This document shows positions 17,124-26,963 of a DNA stretch of 64,000 bases, piece by piece. Origin of the DNA: a virus; the IMG/VR virus record IMGVR_UViG_3300008262_006988; one strand, written 5' to 3'. A model generated the notes under the pieces. That model did not search any database, was not told where the DNA came from, and saw only the letters and a list, made by a program, of their open reading frames with translations. Both the position numbers and the translations under genes were made by a program. The first letter of the stretch is position 1. Each line of letters opens with the position of its first letter.

Positions 17124-17975
17124 TTATTTCCTATACGTCTTATTACTATATTCTTCAATGGCGCGATCGAGACTTTCATTAATATCAGGCAGCTGCAACC
17201 CAAGCTTCTGTATTTTTTCCGTACTCAAAATACAATTACTACGTGCTACTCTAAAATTTGCAGCCTGCATCTCTATAAAATGCCATTTTTCATTCTCTAA
17301 ACCTCTTTCACGTAATTTTGCTACCACACCTCTTGCGTCGATTGATCCTGTATTTACAACATTATATACACCGGTTTCAGGCTTAAGAGTAATAAATTTG
17401 TAGATAAAATTAATTAAATCATCAACATTCGTTATTGAATTCTGCATACTAATAAGATTATCGTAATGTAAAAGCTTCCAAAGATAGTTCTTCGGCTCTG
17501 GAATGCCATTAAATGGTATTCTTATTCTAAGAATATAGCGTTGTAAATGAGCGCTTAGTTTCTCAAATGCATCTTTAGTTTTTGAATAAAAAGAACTATC
17601 ATACCCATCAGCACCGAAGTTTGTTGCATCATTTTCTGCATAGTGCTTCGTATAGCCAGTATATACGCAACCTGAACCGATATGTAAAATTGGTATGTTA
17701 AACGTGTTTGCTACTTTAGTTAGATATAAGGGTACAGTTACATTATAATGATAGCATTCTTCTTTAAAATCTTCACACCCGTCGACATTCGGCGTACCGG
17801 TAAACCCCGTACAATTTATTATCCAATCAAACGTATCAAGAGATAGAAATTTTGAAAAATCTACAGGATTTGTATAATCAATATCTTTTTTTGATATGTG
17901 TACAATATCATGCTCTATGTTTTGCTTTACAAGGTTATTACCAATATATCCTTTTCCAATTATCAATATTTTCAT
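17124..17975 (-). CDS. NDP-4-keto-6-deoxyglucose 3,5-epimerase/4-reductase (RmlD-fold, NRS/ER type)
   Basis: GKGYIG Rossmann motif, GFTGTPNVDGCE, GSGCVY, SFYSKTK (YxxxK), LRIRIP. Confidence 0.8.
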   Translation of the reverse strand: MKILIIGKGYIGNNLVKQNIEHDIVHISKKDIDYTNPVDFSKFLSLDTFDWIINCTGFTGTPNVDGCEDFKEECYHYNVTVPLYLTKVANTFNIPILHIGSGCVYTGYTKHYAENDATNFGADGYDSSFYSKTKDAFEKLSAHLQRYILRIRIPFNGIPEPKNYLWKLLHYDNLISMQNSITNVDDLINFIYKFITLKPETGVYNVVNTGSIDARGVVAKLRERGLENEKWHFIEMQAANFRVARSNCILSTEKIQKLGLQLPDINESLDRAIEEYSNKTYRK

Positions 17976-18328
17976 TTTTCTTCGTAGTTAATAATGTGTT
18001 TAATTATATCAATATTATTACCGATGATGTCGCAATGATCCCAATCACGGAAATCTGCTGCCTCATTATACTGCTTGTCATAAGTGTGAAGCAACTCACG
18101 CATCTCTTTTTTATAATTTTCAGTAATTTTCGATTTTACGACATCAAGTAAACTCTCGACTTCTCTGTCAGTGAGATGTAAAGTTATTCGCGATCCATCG
18201 TATTTCGACCCATAGTTGAAGGAAAACTGTACTTCAACATCAGGTCCACATTCATCAAATTGATGACCAGAGAAGTCTGAAAGATAAACAGCTTTTTCTC
18301 TCTTTGCGGGTTCTATTATCTTTTTCAT
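17972..18328 (-). CDS. Hypothetical protein
   Basis: ORF, translationally coupled to the downstream gene. Confidence 0.6.
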   Translation of the reverse strand: MKKIIEPAKREKAVYLSDFSGHQFDECGPDVEVQFSFNYGSKYDGSRITLHLTDREVESLLDVVKSKITENYKKEMRELLHTYDKQYNEAADFRDWDHCDIIGNNIDIIKHIINYEEK

Positions 18329-18329
18329 A

Positions 18330-18599
18330 TTAAAAATCTATACCTAGTGTAGTGCAGGGGTTAATATTAATCTCATTACCAAAATGATCAATATCAATCA
18401 CAAGCTTACTCCCAATAGTGACAATGTACCGTTGATGTGAAGGCTGATATACTAAATGCCTTTGCTCTAAATTCAAATTAGTTTTAAGTGATTCGCTGTC
18501 TGAACTATGATAGTGAGTTGAACCAAAGATCTGTGGTTTTTTTTCCAAGCTACACGCAGTACATATAAATCCAAAAACTATGCATAAAAGAAATCTCAT
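18330..18599 (-). CDS. Putative small lipoprotein
   Basis: MRFLLCIVFGFICTAC signal/lipobox-like start. Confidence 0.5.
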   Translation of the reverse strand: MRFLLCIVFGFICTACSLEKKPQIFGSTHYHSSDSESLKTNLNLEQRHLVYQPSHQRYIVTIGSKLVIDIDHFGNEININPCTTLGIDF

Positions 18600-18636
18600 C
18601 TGACAAATGGTATGATACCTTTGTAGTGAAATCAAA

Positions 18637-19266
18637 TTAAAATAAAGCCCCGCCTTTGAAGCGAAGATAAATCATGACACCTATAACACCTGCAAGAATT
18701 ACTATAATGACATTTCTTTGTAAGATAGCAAGATCCTTTTCTACAATTTTTTTCTGCATTATATTAAGATCTTTTATCATTTTATCACGATACTCCATTT
18801 GTCTCAAAAGCTCCTCATCAACAACTATCTTTGTGTCTTGTAGATTTTTAAAATCTGCTTCTAGTTGCTTGTAAACTTCTTTTTCTTTGAGCAATTGATT
18901 ATACTCATCACTACTCACAACAACTACAGTATCGCCTTTATACCGCTCCGGTATAATAACCACTCTTTGCTTAACCTTATTGTAGGTAGGTGACTCTTTA
19001 CTGTTGCTTGCCAGGGTATTGATAGTACCTTTAAAAATAGGCTTGATATCGATGCGCTTTTTTGGTGGTTTGACAATTCTCGACGCTTGATCAATATATT
19101 TATCAGCAAGATCAATACGACCAACGTCAATAGAATCTTTTGTTGCATGAACGGTCTGTGAAAGCGCTTCAGACTGTTTTTCGGTGTATACTGTACAACT
19201 ATTTAGGCATAAAACTGCCATTACAGAAATTAAAATTGAGCTAAGTTTTCTATTATTTGTGCCCAT
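18637..19266 (-). CDS. Lipoprotein with C-terminal TM helix, candidate unimolecular spanin
   Basis: Signal peptide with lipobox LNSC, coiled-coil region, C-terminal VIIVILAGVIGVMIYL. Confidence 0.55.
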   Translation of the reverse strand: MGTNNRKLSSILISVMAVLCLNSCTVYTEKQSEALSQTVHATKDSIDVGRIDLADKYIDQASRIVKPPKKRIDIKPIFKGTINTLASNSKESPTYNKVKQRVVIIPERYKGDTVVVVSSDEYNQLLKEKEVYKQLEADFKNLQDTKIVVDEELLRQMEYRDKMIKDLNIMQKKIVEKDLAILQRNVIIVILAGVIGVMIYLRFKGGALF

Positions 19267-19277
19267 AGTCAAAGTAT

Positions 19278-20708
19278 TTAATTAAACTCTATCATATTAT
19301 TATGTGTATTAATCAATGGTTTACCTTTTTTGTTCAGGCTTGTATTTAATAGTACAGGTATACCTGTTTTTTTTTGCCAGATTTTAAGTACTTTATATAA
19401 AAATTTATTATTTTTATCTACGGTTTGAACACGTGACGTTCCATCAACATGCACTACTGCGGGTATAGCTTCGGGTTTCTTACATCTTAGAGTATACTGC
19501 ATGTACGGGCTTTCTAATAAACCACGTGTGTCGAAATAGTCACTAAAACTGTCTTTTAAAATACAAGGTGCAAACGGTCTGAATAATTCTCTACCTTTAA
19601 TATTGTTAATTTGATCCTGCATTGCTTTGTTTCTCGGGTCTGCGAGTATAGATCGATTACCGAGCGCACGAGGACCGAATTCCGCTCTCTCATTAACAAC
19701 AAAAGAATATCCTTTGGAAAGAATTTCACGGACAACTGATTCTGGTGAGAGTGTGCTACCCGAATCGTGTCCCCAAAAATTATGCTTCATTTCAATATTT
19801 TGCTTTGTGTGCGCAAGACATGCACCGACAGAAGAGCCGCCGTCGCCGGGATGTGGAAAGATATGGATATTATCCACAATATCTAAAAGCTTCGTATTTG
19901 CACTACAATTAAGTGCACATCCACCACATAGCATGATATTTGTGGATTTATATTTTGACATCATTGTTTTTACAAACGCAATTAACTTCTCTTCATATAA
20001 GCGCTGCACTGTTGCCGCTATGTCAAATTTGTCACGCTCGTTCTGTATTTCTATAATACCTCTACAGCCTTTGTTGAAGTTATATGTTGTGCGTACACCA
20101 CTAACAAAACAATTATGCTTTAGATGTTCATAAAACCTGCTCGAGTCACCATAACTCGACATCCCCATCAAAATGTATTCATCTTCATTAGACTTGAGAC
20201 CAACCATATCCGTAAATGCTGAATAAAATAATCCAAGTGAATTAGGGTAATATATTTCTTCTACGCGTTTGAGTTTATTGTTAATAACTTGATATACAAC
20301 AAGTGAATATACTTCACCAACAGCATCTATAGAAAATATCAATGCTTTTTCTGCATTATACGGTGAAGTATATAAGCATGCTGCAGCATGTGAGTCGTGA
20401 TGTGGTACAGTAACGATATCACCCTCTATAAATTCGTATATATACTTTGTTATTGAGGGTGGTAAGTTTCTAAAAGATTTATCAAAAAATAGTTTTCTCA
20501 CTGTACGCAGATATGGGCGCTCATACCATATAACTTTTTTTGGTGCATCATATTTTAATAATTCACCAAACATATCTTTGTTTAAAAATTTATCATTTTT
20601 AATTCGTGAATATCTTTCAGCTTGTGATGCAAAGATAATGCCTGTGTCACTATTGAGCAGACAAATAGAAGCATCGTGATACAGCGCACTTATACCGAGT
20701 ATATTCAT
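19278..20708 (-). CDS. Carbamoyltransferase (NodU/CmcH/TobZ family)
   Basis: ILGISALYHDAS, ERYSRIKND, HHDSHAA, GGCALNC, EFGPRALGNRSILADP, RPFAP, HVDGTSRVQTV, LLNTSLN. Confidence 0.93.
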   Translation of the reverse strand: MNILGISALYHDASICLLNSDTGIIFASQAERYSRIKNDKFLNKDMFGELLKYDAPKKVIWYERPYLRTVRKLFFDKSFRNLPPSITKYIYEFIEGDIVTVPHHDSHAAACLYTSPYNAEKALIFSIDAVGEVYSLVVYQVINNKLKRVEEIYYPNSLGLFYSAFTDMVGLKSNEDEYILMGMSSYGDSSRFYEHLKHNCFVSGVRTTYNFNKGCRGIIEIQNERDKFDIAATVQRLYEEKLIAFVKTMMSKYKSTNIMLCGGCALNCSANTKLLDIVDNIHIFPHPGDGGSSVGACLAHTKQNIEMKHNFWGHDSGSTLSPESVVREILSKGYSFVVNERAEFGPRALGNRSILADPRNKAMQDQINNIKGRELFRPFAPCILKDSFSDYFDTRGLLESPYMQYTLRCKKPEAIPAVVHVDGTSRVQTVDKNNKFLYKVLKIWQKKTGIPVLLNTSLNKKGKPLINTHNNMIEFN

Positions 20709-20711
20709 TTT

Positions 20712-20837
20712 TTAATCATAAAGATAGTATGTTTTATTTTGATATTTCTTTAAAATTTTTTTCGCGTATCTTTTCTTTTTATAAATAACAAACTCTTTTT
20801 TTAAAAAAAGTAGTAAAGCTTTTATTCGAATTATCAT
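20712..20837 (-). CDS. 41-aa basic mini-protein upstream of the carbamoyltransferase
   Basis: MIIRIKALLLFLKKEF...KTYYLYD; fills the gap exactly between neighbours. Confidence 0.55.
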   Translation of the reverse strand: MIIRIKALLLFLKKEFVIYKKKRYAKKILKKYQNKTYYLYD

Positions 20838-21622
20838 TATAGTAAATTATTATTTACAATATAATCATATAAAAAAATACCGGCCTGCCTGTGGCCTTCT
20901 GCTTTTAAGTGTGCACCTGACTTTGAAACGCCGTACTCGCCAAATCTTTTTAAGTAATTAAAAACAAGCTTTCCGTTTTCGTTAAATAGTTGTATATTAT
21001 TTTTTTGCTTACCGGTATTATAGAAAATATTATACAGACTGCTGTAATGGTGTTGTAGAGTTGGTAATGTGAGGTAGGGTATTTTTTTCTCTTCCAAAAA
21101 GCACGCTGTAGCATACTTTATGTAAAAATTTGTGTCACTAAAGTTTTTAGAAAGAAAAATTCGTTCTGCAACACCTATAATAAAATCTAATGGTAGCTTG
21201 CGTATTCTTTTTGTGTGATCCATCTCAGTAACTGTCATAGGCTGACCGATATGCGCTTTTGTGCAAGCTATAACATGGCTATGACTTATTGTCGTTGTTA
21301 CATCGCTTTTCTTGGCGTATCTAAAATCACTACACGGTTCATTTACGACTGCTATCCTATCATCATCCGTCCAACCTATCAATACAAACACGTCTTCAAC
21401 ATTTGAAATAGTAGAAAGCGTTTCGAAAACTTTACTAGCTATTTGTTGATTAGAAACACCATTCATAGCAAGATTGTGGTAGCTATACCCGAGTAATTCT
21501 GCAACATACTTCGGGTACGCATGATTAATGTTTATATTATCATCTTCTAGCTTCGTATCGTAGTCATGAATAGCTTCTGCACCTCGTGTATTACTACATC
21601 CAAAAGCTAGCAATGTTTTCAT
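20837..21622 (-). CDS. SGNH/GDSL-like protein, paralog of 15830-16678
   Basis: LLAFGCSNTRGAEA, GVSN, IGWTDDDR, GAHLKAEGH. Confidence 0.6.
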   Translation of the reverse strand: MKTLLAFGCSNTRGAEAIHDYDTKLEDDNININHAYPKYVAELLGYSYHNLAMNGVSNQQIASKVFETLSTISNVEDVFVLIGWTDDDRIAVVNEPCSDFRYAKKSDVTTTISHSHVIACTKAHIGQPMTVTEMDHTKRIRKLPLDFIIGVAERIFLSKNFSDTNFYIKYATACFLEEKKIPYLTLPTLQHHYSSLYNIFYNTGKQKNNIQLFNENGKLVFNYLKRFGEYGVSKSGAHLKAEGHRQAGIFLYDYIVNNNLL

Positions 21623-21703
21623 ATGTTTATATTATATCATTTAATAGTGGTTTTCAAATACTAAAGATTGAATATGTATTTTTTTACAATAAAATAGTAG
21701 GTA

Positions 21704-22873
21704 ATGTTGACAACACCGATAAAACCGCTCGCTGGTACTGTCGTACATAGTGTCAACCATTCACATTTTTGGACTCCTTTTGATCCTGTCTATGGTAGCG
21801 GTGGTTCACCTGAATACCCTCTACGTACTGTAGTTGAGAAGCGAATAAAACAAAACGCTCTTCAGCTCAAAAATAAAGAGCTTCGTATAGAGCCTACAAA
21901 CAGATGCAATTATAGCTGTATAATGTGTCCGCGTGATTCTCATAAGCGTACGCAGGGAATTATGCCTATGCCTTTCTTTGAGAGTTTAGTCAAAGAAGGT
22001 AAAGCAATGGGCATAGAGCGTGTTCTTCTTTCGAATTTCGGTGAACCTTTTCTCGACCCTACTCTCGAAGATAAAATTTCTTTTTGTACAAAAAACAATC
22101 TTAGCACTTATGTAATTACCAATGCATCAAGGTTGAATGCTTTGAGCACTGCAGAGTTTTCAAGAGAGTTAAATGTTACAAAAGCAGAAGCAGCGATTCG
22201 TGCTGGTCTAACAGAGCTTAGATTGAGCTTTTATGGTACAACGCCAGAGTCATATACAGATATTATGAGAGGTGGTAAGTTTGATGAAGTATGTAGTAAC
22301 ATACAACGTTTTATTGAATTACGAGCTGAGATAGGTAGACGAGGCATTTCTCCTACACGTAATATTGAGGTCTTATTGCCTGAAATAAGTATATACTTTT
22401 TAGATTTACCACAAAATAGAGATCAGATTGAGGATTTTTTAAAATTAACAAAAGATTTTGCTGATTATTATGAAGTATGGAAGCCTCATAATTTTGGTGC
22501 CGGGAGAGCAAATGTATACCGTGATGTTAATGTTAGTAGTAATCTTAATACTTGCGGGAGACCGGTATCTGGTCCTCTACAGATTAATTGGCAAGGTATT
22601 GTTGTACCTTGTTGCTATGATTATAATCAAGAAGTGCCGCTCGGCAATGTAGCGTTACAGACAATTGAAGAAGTTGTCACTGGAGAACCCTATAAAGAAC
22701 TAAGAAAATGTCATAAAGAAAAATCTTTTGATAGTGTTCCTTATTGTAATAAGTGCGACCAAATTCGTGATCATTCAAATGCAATAATAATGACTACAAA
22801 TGAATTGCATCAAAATTTAACGCCACAACAGATCACACAAAGAACCAATACTCAGCCTACACACGTGTTGTAA
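21704..22873 (+). CDS. Radical SAM protein with C-terminal SPASM/twitch domain
   Basis: CNYSCIMC (CxxxCxxC), FGEP; C...PCCYD...GN...CNKC. Confidence 0.9.
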   Translation: MLTTPIKPLAGTVVHSVNHSHFWTPFDPVYGSGGSPEYPLRTVVEKRIKQNALQLKNKELRIEPTNRCNYSCIMCPRDSHKRTQGIMPMPFFESLVKEGKAMGIERVLLSNFGEPFLDPTLEDKISFCTKNNLSTYVITNASRLNALSTAEFSRELNVTKAEAAIRAGLTELRLSFYGTTPESYTDIMRGGKFDEVCSNIQRFIELRAEIGRRGISPTRNIEVLLPEISIYFLDLPQNRDQIEDFLKLTKDFADYYEVWKPHNFGAGRANVYRDVNVSSNLNTCGRPVSGPLQINWQGIVVPCCYDYNQEVPLGNVALQTIEEVVTGEPYKELRKCHKEKSFDSVPYCNKCDQIRDHSNAIIMTTNELHQNLTPQQITQRTNTQPTHVL

Positions 22874-23606
22874 CTTGCTTGTATTCTGCTAGTGTGTTGT
22901 ACCGTAACAATAGTTTAATATTGTATATTGGTTGCTTATTTTTATAGTGTGTGTTTATTGTAAAAATATGTCGCGGGTGATGATATTCTCCTGCTATAAA
23001 ATAGACCGTGCTACCTTCTTTGCAATATACAGTATAAAATAAATCTATTTCTGAACCGCATACTACCTCGTCAGCACCTGCAACTATATTTATTAGTGTT
23101 TCAATAGGGGTTGTCGTGGTATTGATAAAAACAAACCCTTCGCTAACCCAGCCGTCAATATTATCGTATTCATATACACAAAAGTCAGTTCTTGTATTAT
23201 GAGTATACAATATAATCTTTTTAAAGTCAAAAGGATTATTTATAAGTGCGCGGTGTTTCATCCTCCATCTATCACTAAATCCATCGGTGTCTATATGCTG
23301 CTTACGTACAATAATATTTTTTATTTCGTCGCTTGTATATAAATTCACCTTAAGACCAAAAAGATCAATAAACGATTTGTATTGCGGGAGATCGCTGTTA
23401 ATACTAAGTACAAAGTTTGCGTCTGGCTCAAATTCGAAATGATTTAGATCGTATAAAAAAAGATCTTCTACTGATCTATTTTCAAGAAAGTACGCACTAT
23501 CAAGAATTGTTTGCCCAGTGAGAGGTGTATTTTTTATTCTTGAAATATAATTGCAAAATGCTTGTGTCGGTGGAGGCAAAGTTAGCTGTATATTACCGGG
23601 TATCAT
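22857..23606 (-). CDS. Divergent GT61/DUF563-like protein
   Basis: C-terminal PIETLINIVAGADEVVCGS...YCKEGSTVYFI resembles the GT61 C-terminal motif; weak. Confidence 0.35.
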   Translation of the reverse strand: MIPGNIQLTLPPPTQAFCNYISRIKNTPLTGQTILDSAYFLENRSVEDLFLYDLNHFEFEPDANFVLSINSDLPQYKSFIDLFGLKVNLYTSDEIKNIIVRKQHIDTDGFSDRWRMKHRALINNPFDFKKIILYTHNTRTDFCVYEYDNIDGWVSEGFVFINTTTTPIETLINIVAGADEVVCGSEIDLFYTVYCKEGSTVYFIAGEYHHPRHIFTINTHYKNKQPIYNIKLLLRYNTLAEYKQVTTRV

Positions 23607-23638
23607 AGTAGTATTTTATTAATTATTTAATATAAAAA

Positions 23639-23896
23639 ATGAAATATAATTATAGTTATAAATATTTTCCAGGAAGAGGGTATGCAGGGTTTGTTAACGG
23701 TAAAAAATTTACAGGTTTTTACGATGAGCGAGATCTTGAAGAATTAAAGGTAAAATTACGTGCAGAAGAAGATAAACGCGAAAAAGAGGCTAAAAAACCA
23801 AAGCAAGAATTATCATTTCGCGATTATCTGGTAAAGCATGGTGATCCAGAATTTGTAAAAGATTATCTCGAATATATAGCAAGAAAAGAGTTGTAA
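23639..23896 (+). CDS. Hypothetical protein
   Basis: ORF only. Confidence 0.6.
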   Translation: MKYNYSYKYFPGRGYAGFVNGKKFTGFYDERDLEELKVKLRAEEDKREKEAKKPKQELSFRDYLVKHGDPEFVKDYLEYIARKEL

Positions 23897-23925
23897 GTCA
23901 TAGTACACACCGTATAATTTACGGC

Positions 23926-24057
23926 ATGAATGAGCAGGAAGAAGAGTGCTTGTATTACGATATTTCAGATGATCAGTATGGCTTTGTAAGAAGTGTTGAT
24001 GATGATGAAAAAAATAGCTTGACGGAAAGCGATATTTATTCTATATTTGATATATGA
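23926..24057 (+). CDS. 43-aa highly acidic mini-protein
   Basis: MNEQEEECLYYDISDDQYGF...; TTGTAA-N16-TATAAT upstream; ATGA overlap with the next gene. Confidence 0.5.
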   Translation: MNEQEEECLYYDISDDQYGFVRSVDDDEKNSLTESDIYSIFDI

Positions 24058-24725
24058 AAATTACATATCTGCATGTGAGATCAGTACACGATTACTTTAA
24101 TCTATCAAAAAAAGAACGCGAAGTTTATGGCTTTTATAAAGTGCCTTTCTCTCTCCCGTGGTCTATATATGATGATGAAGACGGTTGGGATGCATTTTAC
24201 AAAAAAATTGCTAAAGAATACCCTATCCAATATTTCTTCCGTGTCTGGCTCTTTAGCTTTAGCAACCCAATTTATGCATTTTTTAAGCATAAATTCTGCT
24301 GGCCATATGTTAACATTAAATCATGTGTATATAATTTTTTGAATCCGTGCTGCCCGCGTTGGAGAAAAACTCTGCCTCGTCACAAATACATGGATATTTC
24401 AAGTATTATTGTTGAATCAAACTTTAATTTAATTTTAGATTTTTACTATGAGGAAGTGAGAAATGGACATGTAGACTGGCAAGCAGATGAAGAGCATCGC
24501 GAATTCCATACAGCTCTAGTTAATGTTGTTGAATGGATTGAATATGAGCAAAACGTACTTGAGCAAAAAAGTATACATGCTCTGACTGCGGCCATAAAAG
24601 ATCGAAAAGAGGAGCCGTATAAAGAAAAATATAGTGAATATGATGCTATTGAAAAACAAATTAGTGACAAGAAAACAGAAATCCTTAAATGGGTGATTGA
24701 TAATCGCGAATATTTTTGGACATAA
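24054..24725 (+). CDS. Hypothetical protein
   Basis: ORF ending REYFWT; TTGACG-N17-TATATT promoter 6 nt before ATG. Confidence 0.65.
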   Translation: MKITYLHVRSVHDYFNLSKKEREVYGFYKVPFSLPWSIYDDEDGWDAFYKKIAKEYPIQYFFRVWLFSFSNPIYAFFKHKFCWPYVNIKSCVYNFLNPCCPRWRKTLPRHKYMDISSIIVESNFNLILDFYYEEVRNGHVDWQADEEHREFHTALVNVVEWIEYEQNVLEQKSIHALTAAIKDRKEEPYKEKYSEYDAIEKQISDKKTEILKWVIDNREYFWT

Positions 24726-24728
24726 TAT

Positions 24729-25376
24729 ATGGAAGTAAAATTAATATCTATAACAAAACCTTGTATAGAAGGTATCAATACTGCAGAAGAGCTTATCTCA
24801 TATTGCGCTCGGGTTTCAAATCCGAGCAATCAGATGAATACTGAGACAGCACCAAAATTATTGAAGTATTTGATTGAGCATAAACATTGGTCACCGTTTG
24901 AGATGGTGAGTATGACGATAGAGATTAAGACCTCGCGTGCGATTGCTGCACAAATTCTCAGACATCGAAGTTTTTCCTTTCAAGAATTTTCGCAGAGATA
25001 TTCTACTGCCACTGAGCTCGAACCGCTTCAGTGGCGTAAGCAAGGAAAAACAAATAGACAGGTAGGTGATGAAGATGCTAATGTTCTTAAATGTACAGAG
25101 ATACGTATTAAAAATTTTCAAAAGAAATGCGTAGAAATGTATAACGATTTAATTGAAGAGGGTGTAGCGAGAGAGTGTGCGAGAATGATTTTACCACTTA
25201 ACACATCGACGACACTTTATATGTCTGGAACTTTAAGAAGTTGGGTACACTATATAGATTTGCGTACAAAAGCTGATACACAGAAAGAGCATAGGGAAAT
25301 CGCCGACCAATTAAAATGTATATTTACTGCGAACTTCCCTACGGTATCGAGAGCGTTATGCTGGATGGAAGAATGA
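24729..25376 (+). CDS. thyX: Flavin-dependent thymidylate synthase
   Basis: HWSPFE, RHRSFSFQEFSQRY signature, ARECARMILP, TQKEHR. Confidence 0.97.
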   Translation: MEVKLISITKPCIEGINTAEELISYCARVSNPSNQMNTETAPKLLKYLIEHKHWSPFEMVSMTIEIKTSRAIAAQILRHRSFSFQEFSQRYSTATELEPLQWRKQGKTNRQVGDEDANVLKCTEIRIKNFQKKCVEMYNDLIEEGVARECARMILPLNTSTTLYMSGTLRSWVHYIDLRTKADTQKEHREIADQLKCIFTANFPTVSRALCWMEE

Positions 25377-25957
25377 GCTTATATTCAGAGATAGTTTTAG
25401 TTTTAAATAAAAATTGGCAGGCTATTAATGTTACTAGACCGTGCGATGCACTGTCTATGATGTATACTGGTAATGCAACAGGTTTGCATATTATTGGAAG
25501 TGAGAATATGGTTCCGTTAAAGTGGAATGACTGGGTAAAAATACCGTGTAGCGAAGGTGATAGTATTAAAACTGTACGTGGTAATATTCTGATACCAAAA
25601 ATTATAATTCTATGTAATTTTAATCGGGTACCAAAAAAGAGACCGAAATTTACTACAAAAAATCTATGGCAGCGTGATAAAGGCATATGTCAATACACCG
25701 GTAAAAAGCTTAAACCCAATGAGGGTAATATTGATCACGTGACACCACGTAGTAAAGGCGGTCAAACATCTTGGGATAATTGTGTTTTAGCACATAAGAG
25801 TGTAAATTCACAGAAAGCAGATAGAACTCCAGAAGAGGCAGGATTAAAGCTTATTAAACAACCAGTAACGCCGCAAGAGCTTCCGTCAACATATTATATA
25901 AAAAACCCTCATGGTATAAAAGAGTGGGAAGTATTTTTGACACATTTGTCTAATTGA
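25373..25957 (+). CDS. HNH endonuclease (McrA-like)
   Basis: VLVLNKNWQ, RDKGICQYTG, IDHVTPRSKGG..SWDNCV...NSQKADRTPEEAGLKL. Confidence 0.9.
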   Translation: MSLYSEIVLVLNKNWQAINVTRPCDALSMMYTGNATGLHIIGSENMVPLKWNDWVKIPCSEGDSIKTVRGNILIPKIIILCNFNRVPKKRPKFTTKNLWQRDKGICQYTGKKLKPNEGNIDHVTPRSKGGQTSWDNCVLAHKSVNSQKADRTPEEAGLKLIKQPVTPQELPSTYYIKNPHGIKEWEVFLTHLSN

Positions 25958-25993
25958 GAATTTTAATTATGCTATAAGTACTAATGTTACTTT

Positions 25994-26929
25994 ATGGCAA
26001 ACCGTTACGAGCTACCACTTGATGCAATAGCAGGTTCAATTTTTCTTGCAAAAAATCTCGATACTGCAAAAGATATCGTAGTTTCGTTTGATTATGCGTG
26101 TTATGGTATTGAGACTTCAGGCAGTGAAGGTTTTTGCGTATATTTTATTAATGCGTTTGCTGATACCTTAAAAGGAGGTGGTCCGGGACCAGGGCTATGT
26201 TATGCAATGACAGAAGGGGTAACGGCGAGAGATAGTGATAATAATATACGTACTTTTTATGATGGTGCATATTATGGAGAGTTTGGTGTGGGATTTGATC
26301 TTACTGGAAATTTCGCAACAAGTGGATTCGGATCTGCGGGTGGTTACGCATTACCGGTACCGAATACTATAGCAATACGTGATTCTTATAATACAAAGTT
26401 TAACCTTGTATATCGTTCAGAGAATTTGAGTAGTTCAGCGTTCGAATACCCGTTTTCACTTTATCAGCAAAAAATCGCAACAGATTTTGAGTATAGACGT
26501 ATTCGCGTAAGATTAACAGATTTTTGTCAGCGTATAATCGTGGATGTGAGTCACCCTGATTCTGGGGAATGTTTTGTAAATTATGTTGATATGCCGGTAC
26601 CAGGTGACCGACCACCTTCGCTTAATTGCTGTTTATCATTTGCGTCAGGTACAACGCGAACAAGTCTTAGAATTAAAAATTTCAATATTAACGGATTCTT
26701 TACACAGTTAAGCGGCGCTGATACTACTGATATATTTACATACATTGCAGAACCTTATATGGGTCTCGTGCCTACAATCGCGAATTTTACAGTATTTGAT
26801 ACACTCTCTGTGGTAAATGCCCCTCCATTTGATACCGGGCCTATACTCTCTACACCATTAATAAATATAACAACTGGTACTGCACCGTTTACTAATGATG
26901 ACAATTATATTCTTATAACACCACTTTAG
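25994..26929 (+). CDS. Legume-lectin/ConA-like domain structural protein
   Basis: SEGFCVYF...GGPGPGLCY...GVGFDLTGNF pattern. Confidence 0.55.
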   Translation: MANRYELPLDAIAGSIFLAKNLDTAKDIVVSFDYACYGIETSGSEGFCVYFINAFADTLKGGGPGPGLCYAMTEGVTARDSDNNIRTFYDGAYYGEFGVGFDLTGNFATSGFGSAGGYALPVPNTIAIRDSYNTKFNLVYRSENLSSSAFEYPFSLYQQKIATDFEYRRIRVRLTDFCQRIIVDVSHPDSGECFVNYVDMPVPGDRPPSLNCCLSFASGTTRTSLRIKNFNINGFFTQLSGADTTDIFTYIAEPYMGLVPTIANFTVFDTLSVVNAPPFDTGPILSTPLINITTGTAPFTNDDNYILITPL

Positions 26930-26963
26930 TTATTGATTTTTAAAATAAATACTTTACAAGCGC

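Noticed and set aside
24729-25957. thyX intron with a homing endonuclease
   Set aside because: thyX is uninterrupted, and the HNH is a free-standing McrA-like gene coupled by an ATGA overlap.
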